Origin: the human T2T-CHM13v2.0 reference genome, Homo sapiens
DNA length: 64,000 nucleotides
Reading direction: 5' to 3' (one strand)
Assembly: GCF_009914755.1 (NCBI RefSeq)
Contig: NC_060928.1
The position numbers were made by a program, and so were the translations under genes. Every line of letters starts with the position of its first letter. Within the stretch, counting starts at the first letter, position 1. Below are positions 12,931-26,970 of this stretch, one piece after another. The notes beneath the pieces were generated by a model. It was not told where the DNA came from. It searched no databases and saw only the letters and a list, made by a program, of their open reading frames with translations.

Positions 12931-14882
12931 ATTATACATTTGGAAAAAATGTAATTTTTCCTCCTTAAACTTTAAATATTTGAAAAAAATAGTTCAAAGT
13001 GAATTGTGGATATAAATGTCAAAGGAAGAACTTAAAAAAAAAGTGGGCTTTTTGAGATGAAAGTATGAATTTCTTTTAGAAAACAACATGTTTAAGCAAA
13101 AAGAAAAATATTTATAATTTGTATATTAAAATTATCTGTTTATCAAAAACACTATATGGAGTCTATAAAGATAAGCTACAAAATGAAAAAAATATATTTG
13201 CAGCTCATTACTTGCATTTCACAAAAAAAATACAAATGAATAATAAAATTTTTTAAGGCTTTCAAATTGTTTAAGAAGGAGGAAATGACCTGTCCTTCTA
13301 ATGTTGCCACACCGAGACTGCTATTTTTAGCTACCCAATTTTCCAAACAGTTCTGCTCCCAACCCTGTTTGTCACTTCTTTAATTAAGTGGTGATGTTCT
13401 TTTAACTCTAATCCTCTTTTGTGCTAGCTCTGGTAATCTAATGCTATCATATTATAGAGACCAAACATAAATGTCACCTCTGCAAAACTTCCCTTTTAGG
13501 AGAAGCTTTTATCTTCTTGGAAATGTAATAGTTAGGGATAAATATAAAAAAGTGAATCCGTTCTAATATAGACAAAAATAGGAAGCAATGGGAACACTCA
13601 TCCATTTATACTTGAAGTGTAAATTGATGCAACTATTTTGAAAAATAGACTTCCCCTAGTCAAATTAAAACGTATGCATGCAAAATGACTTGAATCTACT
13701 CCAAGGCATGTATCCAAAGTTTTACGTATATGTGCCAAAATACACGTCCTAAAGTGTTCACAGTAGTATTGTTCATAATAACAAAAAACAAAAGGAACTA
13801 ATCCACACGTTCATTAAAAGGAAATGGCAGTACATATATTCTTTAATGTATTGGACAGCAATGGAAATCAAGTAATCACTACATGCGTTAACATAGACAA
13901 ATCACAAAAACTTAACACTGAATGAGCAAGTCCACAAAGAATGCATATGCTGCTATGGAATATTCAAAACAGGATAAATGATTACTTATATATAAAAGTG
14001 GCAAAACTCTAATGGAAGGTAATGGAACTATCACTATGAAATTTAATGTAATATTGACCTCTGGGGCTTTGCAGAGGACAATCAGAAAGAGCAGAAAGAG
14101 AGTTAGCGCTTACAGTATGAGTAATACTTTACTTTTTTTCACTTGACTGGCCTATACATGTATACCTTTTTTAATTTTTAGAATGTAGTGATGTATTTGA
14201 ACACTCTTTTGTGGGATAAGGTGTTTACTAATAAAAAACCAAATGATTATTGATGAAAATGAATGATTCTTGGTCATAGTCCTATAGAAAACAACAAACC
14301 CTTGCCCATAAATAGTTATATTAAAACACTGGAATATCATTATATATACATATATAATTTATTTATATATATTTATATAAAGGAAGTTCTGAATTTGAAA
14401 TAATATGGATGATTATCCAGCCTCAGTTTCATTAAAATGTCAGATAATTTGATCTTTACTTAATAGCATTTTGCAGAAATGAGCCACCATTTTACAGTTA
14501 AGGCTATCATTAATCAGCATGGCATCAATTTGGACAGGGAGATTGATATTTCTTGCAACAGGCTTCATGATAACCAAAGCTGTCTCACTTTACCTGTTCC
14601 TAGGGATTACAGATGAGAAATTATTAAAAAATAGGGATTATATGATGTTATATCATATAGTATATGAATACAGAATTTAGACTAGTTAATTCAAGATTGT
14701 GAGCTCACATAAAAGACATAAAATTATGTACTTACCAACTCCTAAAAAAGTATGTTCTTACAATAGTCATTTGATTTCGCCTGATTAAGGAGATAATTAG
14801 TAAATTTATTCCTAAAATAGTTACAGTCATTCCTGTTCATTAAATCATCTAGTGGTCTGCATGCAGCACCAAGTGGATAGGA

Positions 14883-15335
14883 CATTAATTTCCTGGGGCT
14901 GCCATAACAAAATACCACAACCTGGGTGGGTTAAGAAATATAAATGTATTGCTCTGTTTACAGTTCCAGAGGCTACAAGTCTGATATCAAGGTGTCAGCA
15001 GGGCCTTGCTTCCTCCGAAGGTGTTAGGATTTGTTTTATGCCTCATTCTGGTGATTTCATGGCAATCTTCAGTGTTCCTTGGCTTATAGGTGCATCACTC
15101 TGATCTATGCTTTCATGTCCATGTGCGGTTCTCCCTGTCTATCCCTGTGTCCAAATGTTTCCCTTTTAAAAAAGACAAGAGTCATATTGCATTGGGGACC
15201 TAGGGACCACCCTAATGACCTCATTTTAACTGACTATTTCTGTAAAGATACTATCACCCAATAGGTTCACAATATGAGGTACTTGGGGTAAGAAATCCAA
15301 GATATTTCAGGGGAATTCACAATTTAACACGTAAT
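14883..15335 (-). mobile_element. MaLR LTR MLT1C-like
   Basis: GGGCTGCCATAACAAAATACCACAA...TCAAGGTGTCAGCAGGGCC...AATGACCTCATTTTAACT: reverse MLT1 LTR. Confidence 0.85.
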
Positions 15336-16069
15336 CTATGGTTTCATATGAAATATTTTATTAGTACTTTTAAATAAATTCAAAATTTGTTTACAAATAA
15401 AATTTTGCTTTCCTTTTAAAATTAACAACTCAATGTTTAGTTTTAATTTTTAATGCTGATTTATAAAAGCAAAAGAAATAGGAAATTGTTTCTAAAGTAA
15501 TTATAGTCTTGATGAACACTGAAACACAACCTCTAAAATTTTGATGATTAGCCATTGGCATAAAGTTTTTCCTCTTACATTCTTCACGTAAACATGAAAA
15601 ACAGGTGTATAACATTCAAAATATTAAAGAAAATTCTTCTTTGCATAAAAATTGCATGGCATCTGCATTAAATCCAAAGCTACTCTAAAGAATGTATAAG
15701 ATTCTATTAGGACCAATTAAATTTAGATTTAGAGCAAATAAAAATCTGAACAGTATAGGAAGATTGTTTTTTGGAAAGCAAAATTTGGCTTTCCGGGAAA
15801 AAGCCCACATATTTAGATATACAATTATATTAATAAGCAATGGAAATGTAGCTTTGTTAAATTGTGTCCAATTGAGCAAATGTTTACTGAGTGCAAGGTA
15901 TTGTTTAGAACACTGTGGTTATAAATGTAAATAAAGATCAGAAAATTTTCCTTCAATATCTTAGATTGATATTTCATACTTTAGTTAACATTCTTGTTTA
16001 TTCTCTTAGCTGGATTGAAAATAGGAACTTATTTTATATATCAATAAGTAGCATGAAAATGTGATAATA

Positions 16070-16310
16070 ATAAAGATAACTACAACTTTGAAAATTTGCC
16101 ATGTGCCATGCACTGTGGAATACTATATATCAAGTATATCATTTGATCCTCACAATCACACCATGAGATTTCAGGTACTTCAGATACCCTTTAAATATCA
16201 GGAAAGTGACAATTGTAGAACATAAATTATTTGTACTGTGTCACATAGCTAAGACGTGAATTGGAATCCAGGCAGCCCAAATTAAAAGCCAAAGCAAGTG
16301 TCTTAAAATC
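16070..16310 (-). mobile_element. MIR SINE
   Basis: ATGTGCCATGCACTGTG...TCATTTGATCCTCACAA...GTCACATAGCTAAG...GAATCCAGGCAG. Confidence 0.75.
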
Positions 16311-17559
16311 TTAAAATCTTTATATAGAAAGCCCACATGTATAAATAACATTTCCATATCAGTCCTGAACTGCAGTTGGGAATATTAGAAAATTAGTAAA
16401 TGGTAAAGAGGATAGTTTACTTCAATGGTAAGAACCTTATCTTCCTTTTTCTCTCCACTAGCATTTTTGATTTTTGTTTTTTTTTTTTTTTTACTTTGTG
16501 AACTTAAAACACTAGACAAAACTTCACATACTACCACATGTAAATTTAAGAACAAATATATATATATATATATAATATAAAATAGTATTTGCAAGAATTC
16601 TTTTTACATAAAGTTCAAGTTCTTCCTCTTTAAGAAACTGGTAAGTCTTTGAAATTAGTATTCTAAGAAAAAAATACCTCTATCCTGCTCTGCTCTGAAC
16701 TTCCCCATCATCCTACATTTCAATTGCTATACTTTTGTTTGTCATGCTGTTCTTTATTTACAACATACGAACTAGATTTGACTACATCCTCATCTCGTGT
16801 CCTTTTAATTTTTCTTCAAAAAGCTTTTTTTTTAGGCTTTGCATGTATGATAAAATGCTGAAATTTTAGTTTTAACTTCTTCCTCTAGAAGGTTGCTATA
16901 ATGAAACACTAAAAATACTGTTTGCCTATTTTAGTTATTATCCCACAGTAATTTACCTCCAATTGCTTTGCCCTGCATCTTCATTTTCTTTGTACATCTG
17001 TTAACATCTGCCATGATTACCACTAGCACTGTGTTAGGTTACCCAATAGGCCGACTAAGTTCAAGATACTAGCAAAGCCATACAACATGTCTGCCACACG
17101 TGCCCTAAACCCCCGGCACACACACACTTCTTTGAAATAAATTATATTTATGGTGCCCATAGAACTTTAGAATTTAGAATTTTTTTGTACAATTTGATTA
17201 TAAAATCTGATGAAATGATATATAATAATCTAGTCTAGTTCATATAATATTTTCAGACTTTATGGGCTCTCTGTATACACACACACGCAGACTTTCACAC
17301 ACACATACACACACACATAAGCATATAAGTTATTGTCTTGGGATAGATCAGAGCACTGTTGAACTCTCCTGACTTACTGAATGATTTATTTCACTTTTAA
17401 CGATATATGAAGAGGACGTTTCATAATTTTTTAGTGCAAGAAAGTTGTTCTGTCACATTGAGCATAAAAATAAATTCATTTTTGATCAGTAAACATAAGA
17501 GTCATGCAACTTCCCATATGACTTCATTAGACATATACCACCCCACATGACTGCACCAC

Positions 17560-18360
17560 CTAAGCATTTTATACACAATAAAATATAGGATACAGAGGCA
17601 TAGGGAAGCATAGACCATTTGGGAAAAAAACTATGGAAGCCTCCAGATGAGAAATGACATTTAAGTTGGATTTCAAAATATGGATAAGAAATAGACAAGC
17701 CTAAAAGAGGGACATTTTAGATAGAATTAATTGTATGAGAAAAGATCCGTGCTGTCAAGGTCTATGGCAATCACCTATTTTTCAGCCTATCTTTTTCTGA
17801 AACAGTATTTATAATCTATTTTCACAAAGCTGGCTCCTTCTTGTCATTTATTTCTCAGGTTTAATATTACCTCACTCTACATTCAAGGAATATTCCCTCA
17901 CAAACCAAGTAAATCTTTATCTGAGCACCCAGTTTTATCCATTTTCTTTTTACATAAATTACTATTTATAGATAGGATGGCTGGGGAATCACTAAGAGAA
18001 AGTGAAATTTGAGCAGAAACCTAAATGAGGTGAAGGGATAAACCACATAAAGTGTTGCAGAGGAATGTGCCAATCAGGGGGAGCAGAGAAAGCAAAAGCA
18101 TGCATTAGCTTGGTATGTTTGTGAGCACCAAGACTGCCAACTTGGCCCATGTGGTAGAGTTAGTGTGGTAGAAAGTGGTAGGACATACATGGTCAGAGGT
18201 TGTATAATGAGAGGTTTTATAAATCATTGAAAGTAGTTGGAATTACAATTGTAATATGATAAAAAGCCATAGAAGAAATTTTTAATAAGATGGGGAACAT
18301 ATCATTTACACACACTTTTTAAAAATGTGATTTTTGGGAAAATGACTATAAGATAGGCAA
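17560..18360. mobile_element. L2 fragments, mixed orientation
   Basis: GAAATGACATTTAAGTTGGATTTC and GTGAAATTTGAGCAGAAACCTAAATGAGG (reverse L2) flank GCTGGCTCCTTCTTGTCATT (forward L2). Confidence 0.55.
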
Positions 18361-19539
18361 TGTAGTTTCAGCTCAGTATATTAAAAAAAAAGAATTGTAC
18401 CTATGATATAGTCACAAAGTCTTGGGAAAAATATGCTTCCAGAATTGCATGGTTTCTTCTAAGTAGGGAGACCACTGGTAAATTATTCTTAAAAATGTTT
18501 CAGCCATTCATGTTGACCCATCTAATAGATGGATGTCCCGAATGCAGCATGAAGCAGAAAGACCACTGAGTTGGATATCCCACTACTCTAGGCAAGAGAG
18601 AATGAATCCTTGGTTTTATCAGTTCAGGTTAAGTGAAGAAACCTTTAGCACCCTTAGGAGGTATGACTAACAGCTTTTCCAGGAAAATAAATATATTGCA
18701 TTACCAGTTGTGTCTGTATTCTTATATCCCTATTTAGTTAGTTTTTTTAATATTTTTTTTAACTTGGTGCTATAGATTGGGTGAATCTTGAGAGCTGTAT
18801 AAGTTTGGAGTAAACCAAACCTAAACAGAGTGGTAAGTTGCATGTTTTCTGCTGGGCCTACATCTGGTTCTACTTTAGAGTTCTGTGGGAATTTTTATCT
18901 TTTTAGATCAATGAAAAACCATCAGGAAAATCCCTATACTAGACCAGAATGTGCCTTCACACTCAAGTACAGCATATATTGAAAATATTGCTCACTTTTA
19001 ATTTGAAGCTATTGTAATTAACAGATTGTGACTAATGTATATCTTTCTTAGAAAAACATACCAATACCTTTGTAGGTTTTCCAGAAATCTAGATGCAACA
19101 TCAGGAAATAGGATGTAATTCTGCTATTTTCCTGTGACATAATCGAGAGCCCACAGTTTCTTCCATAGAAACATAATAATGGAATTTCTGCTAGTGAAAC
19201 AGAGATCCAATCATCCCAATTAAGCTTTATTACAAACTAAATACAAACTTATCAGTTTATATGTGCAAAACATCCACCATTAAATTAGCCATGTCAATTT
19301 TAAGCCATTGAAAAGTACTACTTTTACCAGAAACCATGAAGTAGCATGGAAGATTTATATATACTGCTTAGTATTGAACAAAATGAGGAATGAAGAGATA
19401 GTGCATATCTTTGGTATCTGTCTCTTGATAACCCAAACCTTCAATACATCATTATTTAAAGAAACCATAATAAGGTCTGGAAAGCAGGATTTTGGAATGA
19501 TGGTGTAAGGGTCACTGAAAATCTAGTACATAAACTTAT

Positions 19540-19920
19540 ATAAAAAAGATTTACCTAATCAACACATATGTACACAACAACTGCAGAACTCATATTCTTT
19601 CCAAGCACACATAAAACATTTAGCAAACTGACCATATGATGGACTATAGGATGGAGCATAAAGCGAATCCCAACCAATTTCAAATGACGAAAGAATAGAG
19701 TATAATCTCTGATCACCAACAGCCAAAAATCACTCACAAAAAGACAACCAAAAAATCCCAAAATGTTTTAAAACAGCAACACACTCTAAGAAATTAATAA
19801 GCTAAATAAGAAACCACAACTGAAATCAAATTGTATTTTGAACTAAATGATAATGGAAATACATCCTCCCCAAACCTGCAGGATGCAAAAGGTGTGCTTC
19901 AAAAAAAATTTATCACAACT
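19540..19920 (+). mobile_element. L1M ORF2 (endonuclease-region) fragment
   Basis: CAACAACTGCAGAACTCATATTCTTTCCAAGCACACAT, TATTTTGAACTAAATGATAATGGAAATACA. Confidence 0.75.
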
Positions 19921-19950
19921 GCAGACCAGATCCTGCAAAAAATTAAAGAG

Positions 19951-20371
19951 GGTAGTGGGCTGGATTGGGTCCTCTGTGGAAACATTTTTTATGATCTTAA
20001 CTTCCAGTACCTGTAAATGTGACCTTATTTGGAAATAGGGTCTCTGCAAGTATAATCAATTTAAGATAAGGTCACATTAGATTAGGGTAAACCCTAATCC
20101 AATATGACTGGTGACCTTATAAAATAGAGACATTTGGAGACACAAAGGACAGACACACAGAAGGCCATGTGATCATGAAGACAGAGATCATAGTAATGCA
20201 CCTACAGGCTAAGGAACTTTGAGGATTTCCAGCAAACACTGGTAGCTAGGAGGACACAAAGAAGAAATTATCTCCTAGAGCCTTTCAAGAGAGTATGGCC
20301 CTCCCAACACCTTGACACTGGACTTCTAGTCTCTAGGACTGTGAGACAATGAATTTACACTGTTTTATGCC
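19951..20371 (+). mobile_element. MaLR LTR MLT1C-like, 3' truncated
   Basis: AATGTGACCTTATTTGGAAATAGGGTCT, CCCTAATCCAATATGACTGGTG, GGACTTCTAG...ACTGTGAGACAAT; stops at TTTTATGCC. Confidence 0.85.
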
Positions 20372-20399
20372 AAAATAAAAGATCTTTCAAAATTACTGT

Positions 20400-21210
20400 T
20401 TTCCACAACTACAGGTTTTTTTTTGTTTTTACAGTATAAGAAGCATTTATTCCATAAAAATAGTTGAATCTTTGTAAGAGTAGTAACCTTGGTGGTACTT
20501 TAATTTACTCCATTTCCATTCCCATCTTCCTAACTGTGCACTGTCCTCAAAAATAATAGCTACTTTGCAACCATTGTAGCTGCAAAAAACAACAGTGGAG
20601 GGACCACTGGAGTAGGCAGAATGAACCTGTCTACAAAAAGCCTCATCTTCAACGAACTTCACTATCTTTTAGCTCCATGGAAACACTGAATTTGCAGAAC
20701 TTGTCATAATTTCCTACCTTAAATCTCCTTCATTCAGAAGAGCTTTAACCTAAGGGCATTGTCAAAAACAATGAACAGCAATAGTTCAAATCATATCGTC
20801 TGAAGCTGTGAAACTAGTGGTGATCAATAAAAAGCAAGAACTATAAATGAAGGTCTGGGGAATCAGGTGTCCCTAAGGGGTACTAAAAAGCTCCTACATA
20901 GAGAGATCTAGGAGGTTGTGTGGATTGTGAGCGGGTCCAGGAAAAGTCTGTGAAGTCGCTTTATCTCTCAATTCTGGCTGATGTTGAGGTCATTGCAAGA
21001 ACTAAAGGTAAGAAAGCGTTTTAAAGTACTAGAGAATAGAAAGCAAGAGTAGACACAAACACAGGAGCTGTCAGCAAAAGACGAAAGGTGGAAGACTTAA
21101 CCAAGTTAGATCATTGAACAATGATTTGAGTGGCCATACATCAAGGAGAATAAGCCTTAAATAAACTAGTCCAGGAATGTCACTAAACAAACAAAAATCA
21201 ACAACAAATT
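20400..21210 (+). mobile_element. Old L1M 5'UTR-like fragment
   Basis: AGAGCTTTAACCTAAGGGCATTGTCAAAAACAAT resembles L1M 5' regions. Confidence 0.5.
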
Positions 21211-21214
21211 ATTT

Positions 21215-21480
21215 GTGTAATATGGCATTTGAGACTGGATGAGTTTTCCAAAGGAATGAAGGTAAATCATAATAATAGAAATAAAGATTTCAAAAGAGAG
21301 TGACAAAAACCTGGACATTAGGTGGATGGAAAGAAATCAGAAAACAAGAGATAGAAAGAGGCAGCCAGGAAGGTGAGAATAAGGCTACAAGTGTGCAACA
21401 TTGGGATCCAATTGAAGAAAGGATAATAAAGAGAAAGGTGCTATCAAATACAGCAAATATAGCTAAGTCAAAAATGAAAG
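21215..21480 (-). mobile_element. L2 fragment
   Basis: GAGACTGGATGAGTTTTCCAAAGGA...GCAGCCAGGAAGGTGAGA...TCAAATACAGCAAATATAGCTAAG. Confidence 0.55.
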
Positions 21481-22088
21481 AGTAGGAGATGAGGTCAGAA
21501 AAGGGAAAATAGATATTGTGGAAATCCTGAAATTCTTAAAATGATTGAAGAGGTATAAGGGAGCATGACAGTAATGGTGAGACTTCGTTAGAAGGAAAAA
21601 TAATTGAATTGAGATTAAGATACATTTATCAATAGCATTCATAATTAAACTCATTTTAATCCCTACAACAGATTTTTTTCTACAGATTCAAGCATGATAT
21701 AATGGTGTATAATGCTCATTCCAATATCAAATATATGACAGATGGAATTTTGGAGACGATTTGTTTTTTAGTTGTAGGTAAGTGTACCCATCAATTGGAC
21801 ATAGTGTGTCTAGTAAAGACAATCATACAATATATATCAAGAGAGAAAGTTCAATAGAAAGGATTAATAACGTGTTTGTTGAAAAGCTTAAAGCACATGC
21901 ATACGAACTGAATTATCACAGAGATAACAACTGAAGGAAATAGCAGCTAAGAACAAAGAGAATATAGTGAGATTATCAGACCCTAGAAAAGACCCTACAG
22001 AGTTGGTGCTCAGACTCTGAGTGGGGCTTTGGCAAGCTGGTGCTATAACACTCACACGATTAGGCTGGTTTTAAGAATTGTGAAAAAG

Positions 22089-22386
22089 GGCCAGGCGCGG
22101 TGGCTCACACCTGTAATCCCAGCACTTTGGAAGGCTGAGGCAGGCGGATCAAGAGGTCAGGAGTTTGAGACCAGCCTGACCAACATAGTGAAACCCCCAT
22201 CTCTACTAAAAATACAAAAATTAGCCTGGCATGGTGGCTAGTGCCTGAAATCCCAGCTACTCAGGAGGCTGAGGCAAGAGAATCACTTAAACCCAGGAGG
22301 CGGAGGTTGCAGTGTGCCAAGATCGCGCCAATGCACTCCACCTTGGGTGACACAGCAAGACTCTGTCTCAAAAAAAAAAAAAAAAA
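22089..22386 (+). mobile_element. AluS (Sg-like), full length
   Basis: Complete dimer with poly(A); degenerate TSD AAGAATTGTGAAAAAG / AAGAATCTTGAAGAAG. Confidence 0.95.
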
Positions 22387-23985
22387 GAATCTTGAAGAAG
22401 TTAGAGGCTGAAACTAATGGTTGCTGTGCAAATAAAAGGCAGTTGCCAACTAAGCTGACAGAAACCATAAGTAAAATAGGATGAAAGAAACCCTTCTCCT
22501 ACCCTTCTGAAAGACAATAGCTTAATCTGTACAATATGCAAATGTAAAGCTTAATATAATATGCATTGAAAATCACTAAAGCATTACCAACTAAGGAATA
22601 AATGTAATATAAAAATCCATATTGTAAATCCTGTGTTTGCTAGAACTCTATATTTCAACTCTCAAGACACACATTTCAGGGGAAACTACCTTACTTATCA
22701 ATTCCTTCTATCAAAAGATAGAAAGATAGAAAGAATTCAGGTCAGAGATCTTCAATTTTCATTATGCAGGGGTATATAAATAAGAAAAGCTACACTTATG
22801 TCAATTATTTCTTAACAGAAATTTTAGTAAGCACCCATTCACCCAAAAATAATCAGAAAATTGGGTCTTTTGGTTAATTGAACATTCTTGTAATTGACAT
22901 TTGTCAAATATATCATACATGGATTAACAGTGTTCAAAAAACTAGAATAAAATTACATGCACTTGACATCAGAATTATAACTTTAAGGCTCTTCCTAGCT
23001 GTATAATTCTGAACCTCTTCAGAATATACAAGTGCTCAGACATTACTTAAAGTATGTCATTGATTTAAATTAATCAACAAATAATTATATTTGTATAACA
23101 TTTAGGAGTAAAAGGTTAAGCTAATAAAACTGAATTGTTATTGACTCTTGGACACAGCTTGAAATTTGATTATATGAAATACATTTGTGAAGTAAAATTA
23201 AAATAAACTAGAAAATGTTATTGGATAAAAAAATTCTGTCTTTCTAGTTGTTGGTTTTCTTGGTTAATGGGTGGGTACGTACTCTATTAAGCTTTAATAA
23301 AATGATTGGTGTCTACCTTAATAAGATACATTTTCTAATATTATTATGACTTTTCTCTACACTTGCATGGTATTAGCAATACATTATACTAGCAACAAGT
23401 AATCAGCAATATATTAGCATTATATTTTCATTTCTCCTTTGAATTTATTTATCTGCTAGTAATCTTTTACATGATAATGGAAAAAAATCAGAAGTTGCAT
23501 ATGTGTGCTATGAAAACTATTTTTACAGCAAACTGATTGGAGAGCATGTAATTTTTTTTGTCTTCTATTGATCATCACTACCAACTAGTTCAAAGAGTTT
23601 TAATAATCCTTAAAATACAACAACAGTTTTAAAAATGTATTGCAAATTTGTTTGTTCCCTGAAAAGAAAATAGCCTTTTTCATACTGGAACTGTCAAAAA
23701 CTATTACATTAACTGGTTCAAGTGGTACAAGTAGAAAGGAGATTATCGTTTAATAACTTAAAAAATCATTTGCCATGTTACTGTCTTTTGTTTATTAATA
23801 AGGTGTTCTGAAAATTATTACTATGTTGAAAGAAAAAAATTCCCACAATATATTGTCATTACCAGGTATAGACTACAAATAATAAAACTTATAATTGGTT
23901 AAATTAAGTTGTGAAATAAAGAAGGTTCAGATTAGCATTGATCATGGCCATGGATTTTATTTTCCTTTAATTTTATTTAAAAAAT

Positions 23986-24880
23986 TAGCAACCCCACTAG
24001 TGGGTATTTATCCAAAGGAAAGGAATTCAGTATAATGAAGAGATGTATGCAACCCCACGCTTACTGCAGCACCAGTCACAAGAGCCAAGATATGGAATCA
24101 ACCTAAGTGTCCTTAAAAAATAAATGGATACTGGCCAAGATGGTGAAACCCCATCTCTACTAAAAATACAAAAATTAGCTGGAAGCAGTGGCGGGAACCT
24201 GTAATCCTGTACTCAGGAGGCTGAGGCAGGAGAATCGCTTGAACGCGGGAGGCCGAGGTTGCAGTGAGTCGACAGTGCACCACTGCACTCTAGCTTGGGT
24301 GACAGAGCAAGACTCCATCTCAAAAAAAAATAATAATAAATAAATAAATAACATGCATTTTAAAATGTGGTATATATACACAATGGAACACTATTCAGCC
24401 ATACAAGACAATGACATCTTGTCATTCCTGGCATCATGGATGGGCCTGAAAGACATTTGTTAAATGAAATGAGTCAGACACAGAAAGATAAATATCCCAT
24501 GTTCTCACTCAAATTTGGGAGTTAAAAAATGCTGAGCTCATAGTAGAGAGTATGATTGTGGTTATTAGGGGCTGGGAAGTGAAGAGGAGAGAAAAGGACA
24601 GGGACAGGTTGGTTAATGGATACAAAATTACAGCTAGATAGAAGGAATAAATTCTAGGGCTTTCTATAGCATCGTTGGGTGAATATAGTTAACAACAATT
24701 TGTTTTATATTTTTAGAAAGCTAGAAGAGAGAATTTTGAAGTTCTCAACATAAAGAAAAGATAAATGTTTGAGGTGATGCATGCATTAATTACTCTGATT
24801 TGATCATTACACATTGTATGCACGTATTAAAATATCACTCTATATCCCATAAATGTGTACAATTATCATGTCACCTAAAT
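23986..24880 (+). mobile_element. L1MA 3' end
   Basis: GGGTATTTATCCAAAGGAAAGGAA, GCCAAGATATGGAATCAACCTAAGTGTCC, TACAAAATTACAGCTAGATAG, GATAAATGTTTGAGGTGATG. Confidence 0.88.
24131..24350 (+). mobile_element. AluS, 5'-truncated, inside L1MA
   Basis: Begins CTGGCCAAGATGGTGAAACCCC; right monomer; (TAAA)n tail. Confidence 0.92.
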
Positions 24881-24884
24881 TTTG

Positions 24885-26270
24885 TAAAATTAACAGCCTT
24901 ATTGAGATGTGATTGGTATATAGTAATGGCATATATTTCAATTTATAATTAGATCATTTTTAACACACCTGTCAAACTGCCAACACAATTGGAATGGTGA
25001 ACACATAAAACACAGCCAAAAATTTCCTTACAATTCTGTGTAATTCCTTCCTTCCATATTTTCCTGCCATCTTATATCCCCTGACAACCTCTAATCTGCT
25101 TTTTTATATATATTACTTTGTATTTTCTAGAATTTCATAAAAATGTAATCATATGGTATGTACTTCTGGGAAGAGGGGTCTAGCTTCTTTCACTCACAAC
25201 AATTATTTTGAGATTCATACACATTATTACAGGTATCAAAAGTTAAATAATTTTTATTGCTAACTAGTATTTCATTGCATGAACATATTGTCGTTTGTTT
25301 ACCTATGTACTTGTTTATGAACATTTTGTTTGTTTCTACTTTTTGGCTATTACACATAAAACTGCTATGAACATTCACGTGCAACTTTTTGTACAGAAGT
25401 TTACTTTCAAAAATATTGGGAGAGGAATGGTTAGGTGATATTAGAGGCGTATGTTTAACATTTTAAGAATGTCCAAATTATTTCTAAAGTTATTGTTACA
25501 CTTTCATTTCCAGTAGCAGTACCTGAGTTCCAATTATCTAAATCTTCACCAACTTGTTATGATCAGATGTTTTATTTTGGACATTCTAATAAGTATGCCA
25601 TAATATTTTATTATGGATGTAATTTTATTACTCCAGCCATTAAAAATGTCAAACATCTTTTCATATGTTTGTCATTTGTATTTTTTTTGCTATACTGCTG
25701 CTTACATTTTTGTCTGTTTTTTGAACTGCATGGTTTGTTTTCTAATTGTTGAGAGTTAAGGGTTCTTTATATGTGCTAAATTCAGTCCTCTTTTAGATGT
25801 CTGATTTGTAATTTTTTTTTCCCCAGTTTGTGGCTAGTCTTTAATTCTCTTACTAGTTAGTGTCTTTTAAAAATTAGAAGTTTTTAACTTTGGTAAAGAC
25901 CAATTTAGCATTTATTTTACCAATTCTAATGATAATTTGTTACCTAAGAATTCTTTGCCTAACTTAAAGTCACAAATATTTTTCTTTATGATTTCCTTTA
26001 GAAATTTATATTTTTATATGTTATATTAAATTATATGAATCTTTTTAGTTATTTTTTGTAGATGTGAGGTATCTATCTTAAAGTTTCTTTTCTGGAACAT
26101 AAATATCCAATTATTTCAACACTATTTTAAAAATTATTGTTTCTTCACTGAATTGAATGGTGCTTGCATCTTTGTCTAAAATCAATTGGCTGTATAGGTT
26201 CCAGTCAATTTCTGGACTATCTGTTCTGATCCATTGATTTATTTATGTATCTTGTATTTATTATTGGTTA
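24885..26270 (-). mobile_element. Old L1M (MC/MD/ME) 3' region
   Basis: TTGAGATTCATAC, CTGCTATGAACATTCACGTGC, TTTGCCTAACTTAAAGTCACAAA, TTTCTGGACTATCTGTTCTGATCCATTGAT. Confidence 0.8.
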
Positions 26271-26416
26271 TTGTATATGTGCTATAATTACCACTGAATG
26301 AATGATTAAATCATGAAGATTACAACGGCCATCTATTATAATTGGTTTTATTTTTCCTTAAGAAATATTTTATGTTTCAACATTCAACATTACAGTAAGA
26401 AAATTTTAACATTATA

Positions 26417-26774
26417 CAGTAATACATTGCTTAACAATGGGGATACACTCTGAGAAATGCATAAATGCATCCATAGACAATTTTGTAATTATGGGAACAT
26501 TATAGAATGTACTTACACAAACCTAGATGTTATAGCCTACTACACCCTTAGGCTGTATGGTATAGTCTATGTCTCCTAGGCTACAAATCTGCACAGCATG
26601 CTCCTGTATTGAATAATGTAGGCAATTGTAACACAATCATAAAAATTTATGAATCCAAACATACTGAAACATACAAAAGGTACAGTAAAAATACAGTGTT
26701 ATAATCTTCCAGGACCACTGTCATATATGTGGCCTATGACTGACCAAAACATTGTTAACTGGTGCATGACTCTG
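26417..26774 (+). mobile_element. Tigger3a/MER7A-like DNA transposon (TcMar-Tigger)
   Basis: TA|CAGT...CTG|TA termini; GGGGATACACTCTGAGAAATGC; GTACTTACACAAACCTAGATG; ~358 bp. Confidence 0.88.
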
Positions 26775-26970
26775 TATGTATAACTATACATAAACACTCA
26801 CATATATGTGTATATTTATATGCAAGATAGTCTTTAATTGTTGAAATAAAGTAATAAAACATACGTACTATTTCTTTTTCTTTCAGGGTATGAAATCTGT
26901 GTTTATTCATTTATTTTTTTTTTTTTTCCATTATCACAAACCCTTGTAGCAGAGCACATCTGCCCATGAT

